DNA of 64,000 nt, taken from the NCBI GenBank assembly GCA_028534125.1, contig CM052829.1:3472001-3536000 (forward strand). The letters are read 5' to 3'. The first letter of the stretch is position 1. Each line of letters opens with the position of its first letter. The stretch comes from Lama glama (lineage: Eukaryota). Made by a program: the position numbers and the translations under genes. Shown here in pieces: positions 49,766 through 60,850 of this stretch. The notes beneath the pieces are model-generated. The model had not been told where the DNA came from, ran no database searches, and worked only from the letters and a program-made list of their open reading frames with translations.

Positions 49766-51139
49766 GTACGAAGGCACGTCCTCCCTTTGCGCGTGTGTAG
49801 GATGTGTTCCTCGTCTCCCAGTTTCCCTTCACTCGTAAACAAGTCAGTTTCTTGGGATTCCTTCCCTCTCCCTCCTTCTGCAGTTGTGTGGCTCCCAATC
49901 TCTGCATATTTAACTTGGGAAGTCAAACACATTTCCCATCTGCAATAATCACTCCTTTGTACTTGAGAAAAAAAACCCAAGAAGTTTCTGCAGTGAGTGA
50001 CAGTCCCCGCCTCCTCCGCCACCACGAGGAGACATTGCGTCTCCAGTCCTGGCACCGATTCTCGGATGAGACCTCCTCCTCCCCCTCGTGTTCTGCAAAT
50101 AGAACCGCACGGACCAGGGACGTACATACTGTGTGTCTTATGAGGATGTCTCCTGGACCAGTCGATTCATTTATTTCTCTCGTCTTCTTGCTCCACTAAA
50201 TCCATCACCTTCCCCCAACACAGTTGAGGGAAAACATCTGGAGAGGAGCTAAAGTGCATACAGTGATGGGAAGAGAAAAATGGTTGCTTTAACTCTGCTG
50301 CCAAGGAATCCCGGATCCTGTAATGAATCCCCCTCTTAGTCAAGTGCCGACCTGACTCCCCCAGACGGGGAGCCCACAGTGGCAAAGTCACAGACCTGCC
50401 CCTCAGGCTGCTGACGAGAGACAGGTGTGATCTGTGTGTTTGCTGAAGCTGAATAACAAGCAGGATTTTTTTTTTTAACCCTCTGAATAGACACAGAGGA
50501 ATCTGCCCACATACAGAAGGAGAAAAATCCGCCCCATTAACAAGTTCGGTTTTTCCTCCCACCCCGCCCGTTTCTTCAGCCGCGAGGTGCTATTTGGAAG
50601 GGCCTATAGATTATCATCTGGGAAGCTTTCCAAACTACAAAAGGAAAAGGAAGAAGGGAAAGATAACAAGGCATTTTAGGCTGACCCTATTAACGAGCAA
50701 ACTGTTTCCTCCCCTTCACCACAGTGTCCAGCATGAGGCGAGATCGAACAGTATTTTCCAGGGTTTCTGCCCTCACGGGGAGTCAGCGTGGGTGGTGGGA
50801 GGGTCTCCCCAGAGGCCGTGCATTTCTGCGTCCTAGACATTATTTGCTCAAAGTAAAACTGCATGGTCATCTCGCTCCCCCCGCTCAGCAGTAGCTCATG
50901 ACACGTTTCCTGCCTCATATCAATTCCTAAACGTGGTCATAAATAACTTACAAGTAATGAATTTGAAAGACTTTGGAAAAGTGTCAGAGCCGAGTCTGTG
51001 TGAGCCACTGCTGTAGGCAAGCATCACGACAGACCCCTTCCACTCCGAGTTCACTCTCTGCCAGATGTTGTGTCAGCGTTCGGCAGGGGCTGCCTTGTCT
51101 GATGTTCAGCAAATGTCCTTAAGGGCGGGACTGTTATCT

Positions 51140-51580
51140 TGTAACTGAGCAGAGCCCTGAGGGGCCTTCCCGGGTCAGACCCCTCCCCACGTCCTCTGCT
51201 GTAGCTCTTCTCTGAAGCTCCCAGGTCAGAGTATCTCATGTAGATTTCCTGAGTTTTTCAGATGCTAAAACCACCGCCAAAGGGAAGGAATGAACTACTT
51301 GATGACTAAGAGCATGTGGTGGCCCCAGACCTTCTGGTTCCTAGGGGTGGACCGTGTTGAACACTGTGTTCCCTCCACACCAACCAATCAGAGGACTGCA
51401 CACAAGCTGATCACGGACCTGCTGTGCTGAAACCATTAGGGGAATTAGGGGTTTCCTTGGGCACGAGCCATCGCATCCTCCTTGCTCGGCCCTGCAGTAA
51501 ACCTTCCACTGCTTCAAACTCGTGTTTCAGTTTGCTTGGCTTCAGACTGCGGTGGGAACACAAGCTTGCCTTCGGTAACA
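51140..51580 (+). mobile_element. ERV1-type solo LTR, 441 bp (second family)
   Basis: TGTAAC...GGTAACA termini; exact TSD ATCT at 51136-51139 and 51581-51584; CCAAT (aaccaatcag) ~51385; AGTAAA polyA-like signal ~51496. Confidence 0.9.
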
Positions 51581-54468
51581 ATCTGTTAAGAAAATTAGAC
51601 AGATTATCCATTTGTTCAAAAACACGGAACTAAGACAGGGGAACCTTGAGATTTGAAATTAGGACCTCCAACTCAAAAATCTGTAAAGGAGTCACGTAGA
51701 GATATAGAGATGATTTGGAGGTGGATGGATCATTCCAGAAACCGCAGCGGGGAGGCTAAGAATAGAAAAGCAGAGTTATATTTGAGTGACAGGTTCACGT
51801 ATCAGTAACACATGGCTTTTCGATGGGCTTCGATGATTGACATCCCTCAGAACAAAAGCCAGAAGTAGAAGCAGTCCATTATCTGAAATGGGTCTTCTTT
51901 TTTTACTGGGTGCAGGGATGGGTTTGGGACGACCTGAAGAACATTTTTTGTGTGTGTTTGAAAATAAGATGGGCTCTTTGTCTAGAGCTGAGAGGGCAGG
52001 GATCACAGCGTGTTACCAGAATTGTAGGAAGCCTTTTGGGCCAGAACAAGACAGGGTGACGACTGAAACACAGCTACGAGCTCAGAAAGCAGTTATTATG
52101 GGGTCCGAAACCTGCACTTTGGAATCGTGGCTGTTTTTATGTTTCCTGCCTTTTCTTTGCTGTTTCCCCTTTATTCTCTCCCTTGCAGTTAGTTAAACAT
52201 CTTTTGGAAAATTCTAACCTGTCTCAATTCTAAAGGGTGCTGTTAAAGATGGCGTCTGCCTATATTTGGGAAGGAGTTTTAGTTTTAAACAACTGTAGTG
52301 GTTTTTTTTTTTTTTGCAAACAACGTGTATTTCTATATTACAGTATAATACACCTGTGTCTCAGGCAAAAAATAAGATAAAAGTAATATACATAACACTT
52401 CCACTCTAGAAGAGCCTGCTTAATACTGTGATATGTGTTTCCCCCAAGGGCAACTGTGTGCATATGAGAACAAGGGTACTTGTTTTTTGTGGATTTGCAG
52501 GCAGACTGATAACAGACTGAATCATGGTACTCAAATTTTTGTGGCCACTTTCTCATAAACGTATTTCATAAAATCACTCTCAATAGCCACAGAAAGGTTA
52601 ATCCTGTGAATATAATCTGTTTTATTCAGCCAATTCATCACCTTTTCCCAATCTGACTTTTTAAGTAACACTATAAGGAATATAGACACATTTCTGCATA
52701 TATTTCTTTTATATTATAAATATGTTATTAGAAATTTTCCCTGAACCTCTAAGAATTCTCATTGTTGTGACATCTAAGAAAACGTCTTTTAAAAATGTGT
52801 GTTGTCGTTGTATTTTCAATATTGTATGTATTAATGTATTTTCAATAAAGAAAGGGTACTTTCTTCATGTCTGGTGGCAAATGAACTTGTCTCGTTATAT
52901 GCCTTGTTTAGAGCGGTGATTAACACGTCTATTAACATGGTAAGAGTTGGAGAAAATTGTTAGAGACTGTTGAAAAGTGTAGTAACTGTTAATAGTTACC
53001 AACTGTTCATAATGCGTTTAGCTTCATTTGTATGGGAAAGCGGCGTGTGCAACAGCGCTTGCCAGTATGAAATTTTGCCAACAGTGATGATCTTTTTGCC
53101 TCAAGACTTGTGGCTGATTGAGTTCCACCTTGGGTCAGCAAGGAGTTCTCCCTGCACTTTAGTTTTTTATGTTTTGCTCCATCATGGGGGTTTTCAGCTT
53201 TTCCTCTGGAACATCTGGCACCAGCTACTCTCACATGCAGAACTCCTAACTCAATGGACCATTAGTTTTTGTGCAGAAATATGTGTGAATTTAGAAAAGA
53301 CACTCATGAGTGTTGATAATGGAGACCATGTGTTGTCAATTGGAGAGAGGGGAGAAACTGATTTTGCTCAGATCATTATCACTCTCCACGTGGAAATCTC
53401 TGTCCTAAAATAAGCCAAGCACATTTCAGGGCCGTGTGACTAAGGGGTCGCTAGAGATCTTTACCAGATATTTCTGAAGTGGATGCATCACTTGGCATCA
53501 TCAGGTGAGGATTCCACAAACCCTGAGGATCCAGACTTGACTGACAACAGAGAAAACAGCTGCTTCTTGGAATAAATTTAGGAATGCTAAGAAACTTTCT
53601 CTGACCCCAGTAAGTCCCTGCTACCTTTAGCAACTCATTCCCAGCATTAAATTATTTTCCAACTTCAATTGTCCTTTGTTTCTGTGCTAAAATCATATTG
53701 CCCTTGGGAAAAGCCACTTCTAACCTAATGATGACTATCTGGAATAAAATTAGTTTGTAAGATTTCTTGCGAAATGACAGCTATATCTGTGTGGAGGAGA
53801 ATTTAAGAAAAGTGGGTGGGAATTTATTGCATTTTGATAGACTGGATGAAACAGGGGTGGAGCATTTGCGGTAGAGGTGTCCTCCAGCCCAGGAAGCTGG
53901 GATGGTTTGAGCACTAAGCTGGGAGCCCTGGGGTCAGAAGAGCACTGGGGTCTGGCACCAGGGTGACCGTGGCTCCTGAAGGGTAGCGTTGTCTATGCGA
54001 TAACTGTTTCCCTTGGACATTTGCTCCTGATTCCCAACTCTTATCTTCACCCTCCCTAGAAGAGTTATCCTTCCGTCCAGTTTGCTCCTCAGCACATCCC
54101 TCCACTATAAGATGATACGTTGCTCTAAGTTCATTTACTTCCATTTCTAGGTTTCCAGAGTTCTACTACTTTTAAAGAAAAAAAATCATTTTTTTCTGTC
54201 TTCGTATTCTCAGTGACCTTAATAGTAATTAATACATGGCAGGAGCTCAGTATATACTTTCCAAAAAAGGAAGGAAGGAAGGATTTTTAAAGTAGCATGT
54301 ACTAGTTTGCTACTAAAAACATTGTATCATACTTTTTCATGCATTCAGACCTTTACAGCAAAGAGACAGTACAAGTGAACTGGCCATCACACCTGGAGTG
54401 TCTGCTGAAAGAAGAGAGTCCTGGAATTTCAGAAGCACAAAACAGAGGTTCCTGAACCTGCTGACTAC

Positions 54469-55056
54469 TGTGTGAAGAAACCATAAATTAGTAGAATAAC
54501 AGGGCTAGTGAGGTGGGAAGCCCCATGAAAAAGACGGCAGGACCCCTAGGCAGGGCCACTACCCTCCTGCCAGCACCATTCAGTTCCCTGGCCCAGCAGC
54601 GTTATCTCACTTTTTAAACTCTGAAAACAGCTTACTTCTAGGAAAGTAGAACTTACCCCTAAGATTCTGTTGGTTCCCTGAACTAACTCCTGATTGGTCC
54701 ATTTGTAGTGCTTCATTTGCATGGAGCTCACTCCTGATTGGTCCATTTCCCTCACTCCTGATTGGTCCATTTCTACAAAGCTTGTTCCCAATTAGTCACC
54801 TTTGTTGCACCTTATTTGCATATGATGTTTCAAAATGTTGCAAAGTCTAGACTGGTAGCCTATAAAAGCTTGTGTAAACCTACAGACGGGGTCCAGAACT
54901 TGGAGTGTTAACTCTTCTGGGCCCGCTGGTGTAATAAACCTGAGTTCTCCAACCCTCCGAGTGCTGCTTGGTCTCTCGCCCAGATCCAGGTTGCTGTCAC
55001 AACTGAGCTGTAACCCTGAGCTGTAACATTGAGCTGTAACACACTTTTCTGCAACA
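54469..55056 (+). mobile_element. Young ERV1-type solo LTR, ~588 bp (third family)
   Basis: TG...CA termini, near-TSD ctac/ctag; U3 repeats with ATTGG, TATAAAA ~54861, AATAAA 54933-54938, U5 tandem tgagctgtaac x3. Confidence 0.85.
54686..54938 (+). promoter_or_regulatory. LTR U3/R promoter module: 3x inverted CCAAT, 2x octamer, TATA, polyA signal
   Basis: actcctgattggtccattt at 54686, 54730, 54754; ATTTGCAT at 54715 and 54814; TATAAAA 54861; AATAAA 54933. Confidence 0.65.
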
Positions 55057-55829
55057 CTAGAAGGCAGTGGTCTTTTTTGCTCCCTTCTAGTGGATCGATG
55101 ACCCAGCAAGGCTGGGTGCTGTGCCACCAATGCTCATTCAGCACACGGTCCAGGCAGGCACCACTCTTCCCCATCCTGAGGTTCCAGCACTGAACATGAC
55201 AAAGTGCAGCCTTCCTGGACCCTCCATTCCCACAGAAAAGAAACAACCCTATCAGTAAAATACAGCCTGCACAGATCCCCCCAAAAGTGGGCTCCACAAA
55301 GCTCATCTCAGATGCGGCCATGGAGATTGATGGGTGAGGACAAACTTTCCAAAGAATACAACCAGGAGCTGAGACAGAAAGGAGGAAGGGCTACTCTGGG
55401 AGAGCAGCGTGGGGACCAACGGAAAGTCAAAAGAACTGAACCCGCCGAGGGGCAGGGGTCTGCACACTCCCGGCTGGCAGGACTTGAAACTGCTGTAGCC
55501 TAGGATTGACGAGTGTCCCGTCACCTCCCTTCTGAGTACAGATTTTGCTGACCTTACCCTTTCCCTGCTCCCCCTTTACATAGGGCATGCATGGCAGTTT
55601 ACTGTATTTTTATTATATAGGTAGTGTACCACAGGGACTCCTACCGAGATCTGATGACGAGGATTGCACATCTCTCAGACATCCTGGAACTTGAATAATG
55701 TGCAAAGTAATTGGGTGGCACCTTGAGTTTCTGTCTTTTGGGGAGATACTGTACAAAAGATACACACAAGTATGTTTAGGTGGCCAAAGAGGAAGAAAGA
55801 CTTCAGTGAAGTTGTACTCGGTGTACAAG

Positions 55830-56660
55830 TAACTATGAATTCATCTTCCTTATGAATAGAAGCTGTGAGTTTTAGCTGGTCACAAGACCCCCTTGAATAA
55901 ATATTATGTTCCTTAGGATTCCTTGCAGTGAAATGTGACTCTGTGACCAAATTATGGCTCATAAGGTTAGGAGAGAATTGGGTGTTAAAGATGAATGCTT
56001 TAGACCTTTCTGGCTTTTATGAGAAGAGATTTATCCAACACACACTACTGGCTTCTCTCTGTCTCTTTGAAAGGTTAATTGTTCAGTAAGTTTAGATAGA
56101 ATAGCTATGCACACTGGCCTCAATTACATAATCCTTCCTGTTCGGAATAAGATGCTCACAGGGATAATGACCTCTGCTCCCCTGTGGGGGTCTGCCGCTG
56201 GTCCGGGGTGCAGGTTCAGTGCCGTCCATGACCACCTGACCAGCAGACATACAACCAGAATTTTCTATGCCATTAAAGTTATATCTGAGCTTCACTTTTC
56301 AACTCCTTAAATAATTTTATCAAAATATTCAGATCCTTGGTATGAAATGATGTACTAGGATTTTCTCAGAGACTGCAGAGCCCGAGAAACCTCTGGGATA
56401 CGTCCCTAATTCCAGGAGTGGAATTTGTATATTTCTTCATCTCGTCTTTCTTCCTCCAAAGCCTGGGAGCTGGCATTGGTTAAGTCGTTTTGGCCTATGA
56501 AGCAATCCAGTGTCTGAGTTTTGGACAGCAGGGTGGAAAGTTACTGTGGAGCAGTCATACCAGCCATGGACTCCCAGGTTTTCATGAGGCAGAACACCTT
56601 TTATTTTGGTTAAGTAAATGTTGTCTTAATTTTTCTCTCATTCAGAAGTGAACTGAAGCC
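55830..56660 (+). mobile_element. LTR33/LTR16-like ERVL LTR in two pieces
   Basis: ttccttgcagtgaaatgtgactctgtgaccaaattatggc; gtggagcagtcataccagccatggact...ttttattttggttaag. Confidence 0.45.
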
Positions 56661-56674
56661 TGAAACAAAAGAAA

Positions 56675-56960
56675 ATGTTTGGTTTTGGACAATTCATACT
56701 GAGATTCCTATTATAAACCAAGAGGAGATATTGAGTAGAGAGTTGCAAATAGAAACAAGAAAATCAAGGGAGAGTTCTGGACTGGAGCATATCTTTGGAG
56801 TGTATCTTTTCAGCACACAGATGGTGTTTGCAGCCAGGAGAGTGAATGTGATCACCTTGGGGGTGAGCAGAGAGAGACAAGCTTGAAGACTGAACCCTGA
56901 GGTACTCACAAGTTTGGGATAGAGCAATGAGGAGAGTCTGCAAAAGCAGGTGAAGACATG
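56675..56960 (-). mobile_element. L2 LINE fragment
   Basis: ttttggacaatt...gaggagatattgagtagagagttg...cagcacacagatggtgtttgcagccaggagagtgaatgtgatcacc...gactgaaccctgagg. Confidence 0.8.
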
Positions 56961-57784
56961 ACGTGTTTATGGAAACAGTAAAAACCTGGCTCCCACCTCT
57001 TTCAGCCTCCTTCACTGCCTATAATAATTTGTTTTGCTTAACTTTACCTATTTTTTTTTAAAATTCTGTTTCATGTCTATTCCTATTCCAAGTAGAGACA
57101 AGTAGTTGTTTTTGCCTATTACCAAGCTCATCTTATGTTTGGAAATTTTATTTGTTGCTTACCTTTATATTATTTTGGCTTTTAAAGCCACTCCAGAGAG
57201 CAGGCTATACTTAAGTTAAAGGCATATGGCCCAGCAAAAGCAGTTTTGCATAAGTCATCCCCCCCATAAAAAGTTCTCACAGGTTTAGAAGCAGACATGT
57301 GAAAGTGTATTGCGGCATTGTTTATGATGGAGAGAAATTTGAGGCCATCTGGGTTTCCAGAACTGAGAAGGTCGTATGTAAATGTGGGTGCATGTTACAG
57401 GGTACTGAGAGTTAGTATCAAGAGACCAGATGTGGATACTGACCATGGATAGAAAACAGGCTATTCACGATAGTCACCAACCTTAAAGACATGGCCCCTG
57501 AATATACAACCCAGCCGAACATGAGCTTATCTCTTGCTTTCTGACACTGTTGAGTGGTACCAAGCCCAAGATTGGGGGAAAGAAAAGGGCAGGAGAAGCT
57601 CTGTTCTACACAGGAATTTCAAAGTTCAGACACAGGGAAGCTCTGCCCTCATTGATATGTGTCTTCCAAGGACAGTGTACTTTCCCCCCTTTGTCTACAG
57701 GAAGAGCGAGGCCTGGAGCATTACAATTAGAAAAGGCCTGGGAGGAAGAGGAGGTGGGTGTGATGTGAAGGTCTGTCACAACCT

Positions 57785-59140
57785 GGCAATGATCTCTTCG
57801 ATATAACACCAAAAGCACAGACAAGAGCAAATACAGACAAATGGGATTGCATCAAATTAAAAAGCTTCTGCACACACAGCAAAGGAAGCAATCAACAAAG
57901 GTAAATGGCAGCCTAAGAAACAGAGACAAATCTTTGTAAGTTGTACGTCTGATACAGGGTGAATATCCAACATATGTGAGGAACTCCTGTGATTCAATAT
58001 CAGAAGTTCAAAAGAATCAGATTAAATAATGGGCAAAGGACTTGAACAAACATTTCTTCTAAAAAGTCATACAAGAGACTAAAGGCATATGAAAAAGCCC
58101 TCAACATCACTAATCATCAGGGAAATGTAAATCAAAAACCACAATGAGATATCACCTCATACCTCAAATGGTTATTATCAGAAAGACAGAAGATAAAAAG
58201 TGTTGGTGATGATGTGGAGAAAAGGGTACCCCTGTGCACTGTTGGTGGAAATGGAAGTTGGTACAGTTACTATGGAGAATAGTTAAGAGAGTCCTCAGAA
58301 AATTAAAAATAGAACCACCAGATGACCTTGCAACCCCGCTGTTGGCTGTATACCCTCAAAACTGAAGTCAGAATCTCAAAGATATATCTGCACTCTCATG
58401 TTCATTGCAGCATTATTTACAAAATCCAAGATACGGAAATACCTAAATTAACAGATGAATGGATAAAGAAAATGTGGTATATGCATACAATAGAATATTA
58501 CTCAGTCTTAAAAAATAATTAAATCCTGCCATTTACTACAACATGTTTAACTTGAAAGACGTTATGCTGAGTGAAATAAGCCAGACACAGAAGAACAAAT
58601 ACTACATGATCCCACTTAATATCAAGAATCTGAAACAGTCAAACTCATATAAGCAGAATGTAGAATGGTGGTTACCAGTCATTTATGCAAGACGATTCAG
58701 TCCTAGACATCTGAATAGCACAGTGCATAGAGTCGACAATATTGTACACTTGTATACTTAAACATTTGCTGAGAGGGTGGATCTTATGTTAAATGCTCTT
58801 TTAAAAATTTTTGAAGGAAAGGAAATAATTTTATTTCACAAGCATCAAATTCCTATGCTATTTTTTGTTGTGTTTTTAAATTTTTTTAAACGAGGTATAA
58901 TTGACACCAAATAATATCTTAGCTTCAGATGTAAAACATAGTGATTTAATATTTATGTTAAATGTTCCTATCAAAAAAAGAGGGAGAAAGGAGATTCTTA
59001 GAGATGATGGTCAAGTTTAGAGCATAGATATGGTGACATTTTCATGGGCATATACTTGTCTCCAAACTCATCAAGATTTATACATTAAACATGTATTTTT
59101 GTTTGTCAATCATACCTCAATTAAAATTATTTTAAAAGGG
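57785..59140 (+). mobile_element. L1MA9-like LINE 3' portion (~1.3 kb)
   Basis: aatgggattgcatcaaattaaaaagcttctgcac...acagatgaatggataaagaaaatgtggtatatgcatacaatagaatattactcag...gtcaatcatacctcaat. Confidence 0.9.
58801..58952 (-). mobile_element. Tiny L1 3' end carrying a putative 3' transduction, nested in L1MA9
   Basis: TSD ttatgttaaatgctctt (58784-58800) / ttatgttaaatgttcct (58953-58969); L1 terminus 58870-58952; extra segment 58801-58860 with minus-strand AATAAA. Confidence 0.7.
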
Positions 59141-59149
59141 TATAAAATA

Positions 59150-60330
59150 ATCAATATGTAGAACATTTTCATCAATCAGCAGTTCCCTCTGATTCTTTGT
59201 AACCGATCTGAACTGTTTTAAAAAGGGACTGAGCCATTTTGCATGTCTATTACAGATCCATTTACTCCGCATCCTCTCCAGCACTCGGCATTGTTTTTCG
59301 TTTATTTGTTTGTTTGTTTTTAAATGTTACCCCTTCCAGTGGATGTGTAGCAGTACCTGTAGTGGCGGTTTTTGTTTGCATTTATTGGTTATTTTTATAT
59401 TTCCAACATGCTCCTTTTATTCTGTGAAATAGCAGCTCAAATCTGTTGCCTAACTTTCAGTTGCACTGTAACTGTTGAAATTGTTCTTTATTTATTATAG
59501 ATACAAGTCTTTTTTCAGATACGTTTTTAAAACATTTTTTTGCCAGTCTGTGGCAGTTTTCAATTCTTAACAGTGTATTTTGAAAAGCAAGTGTTTTTCT
59601 ATTTTAATTCACTTGAATTTAGCAGCTTTTTTTTTATGAATCATACCACCTTGTTTCTAATCTTTTGCCATGAAAAATAATGCTACAATAACAACACATG
59701 TAGCTGGAATGTTGGTGTGATGACTGGCTTTTTTTTTTCGCAGGGGAGATATACATACATGTAAGACAAGACATTAGATTCCTAGAGCAAAGCATAAAAT
59801 GCAATTTTGTTTGTTTGAATATATGTTGCTGATTGATCTCCTTAACGGGATAGCAATTTGTGTTCCTATCAGGATTGTTTAAGGGTGTATATTTTCTGTT
59901 AACTTGATTAAAAAACTATTTTGTCAGTGTTTGTGGATTTTTGCTAATCTGACAATAGAGGAATGGCATCTCGATGTAATTTTAAATTTACTTATCTCTT
60001 ATTATGAGTGGTATTGATAACAAGAACTTCTTCCCTATGAAATTTTTGTTCCTAAACCTTGTGCATTTTTCAGTTGTGCCATTCATCCTTTTCTATATTT
60101 TACTTTTCTTCTTCTAATGTTTTGAGTTAGGAATTTAAATATTGTATTTTCATTCTTTCTTACATATTGACATAACTATTTTAGGTTATAGATTTTTCTT
60201 TGAAAAGAGATTTTATTATTTGTATCTCCATCTCTTTTCACGCAGTTTTGTCATCCTCCTGGAAGGAGTAAAATTTATTTTGTTGTTCTATTTTTTAACT
60301 GAAAGTTACTTTGGATATTTTTCTTCCATC
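59150..60330 (-). mobile_element. L1ME/L1M antisense remnants
   Basis: catcctctccagcactcggcattg; tttgccagtctgtggc; ttttgctaatctgacaatag...tggcatctc. Confidence 0.65.
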
Positions 60331-60787
60331 TTTCTTAGTTGCCCTATGCTCAGTAGATAGTGAAGTTGGGATGACCTTGACTAAAAAGGAGGAAACTTCT
60401 GGAGGTCTGTCCTTGAATGTTTCTTAGAAGGTGTTGTTTCCTGAGGTCTGTCTCCTTTGGCTTGCTCTTGAGTGCTTCCCGGCCATCTTTCTCTATTTCA
60501 CTCACGAACCACTTCCTGTTTAAGTGGAGCTCCCTCCTAGGAGTGAACATCTTCTCCAGGCTCCTGATACTTAAACAACCATATTCCCCTGAACTTCCCC
60601 ATCACAGCAATATGTCTTTAAAGCTCCTCCCACAGTTTGTGCTGGTCTCATATATGTGACACAATTACAGCTTAGAGTTTGAGCAATTTATTTCTCCAAA
60701 GATTTCTAGGAGAAGACAAGGAAAAGTTCAGAACTCGGCTGACATCCTATTCCTATCAGAGGTGGAAGAGTTATATCTGCATCTATA

Positions 60788-60850
60788 GCTGTCTGTCTGC
60801 CTGCCTATCTGTCTGTCTGTCGTCTGTCTGTCTGTCTGTCTATCCATCTA
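60788..60850. repeat. Imperfect (TCTG)n/(TCTA)n microsatellite
   Basis: ctgtctgtctgcctgcctatctgtctgtctgtcgtctgtctgtctgtctgtctatccatcta. Confidence 0.9.

Noticed and set aside
52246-52256. YY1-like AAGATGGCG motif
   Set aside because: Single motif without a CpG island or other promoter context.
52970-53413. 147-aa ORF in unique sequence
   Set aside because: Non-ATG start, no recognisable domain or coding-like composition. BLASTX/PhyloCSF would be needed to rescue it.
54686-55040. Short direct repeats with spacers, superficially CRISPR-like
   Set aside because: Mammalian DNA. The repeats are internal LTR U3/U5 duplications with irregular, tiny spacers and no cas genes.
58322-58761. ORFs with L1 ORF2 C-terminal similarity (…DEWIKKMWYMHTIEYYS…)
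   Set aside because: Frameshifted remnant of a 5'-truncated L1MA9, not a gene.
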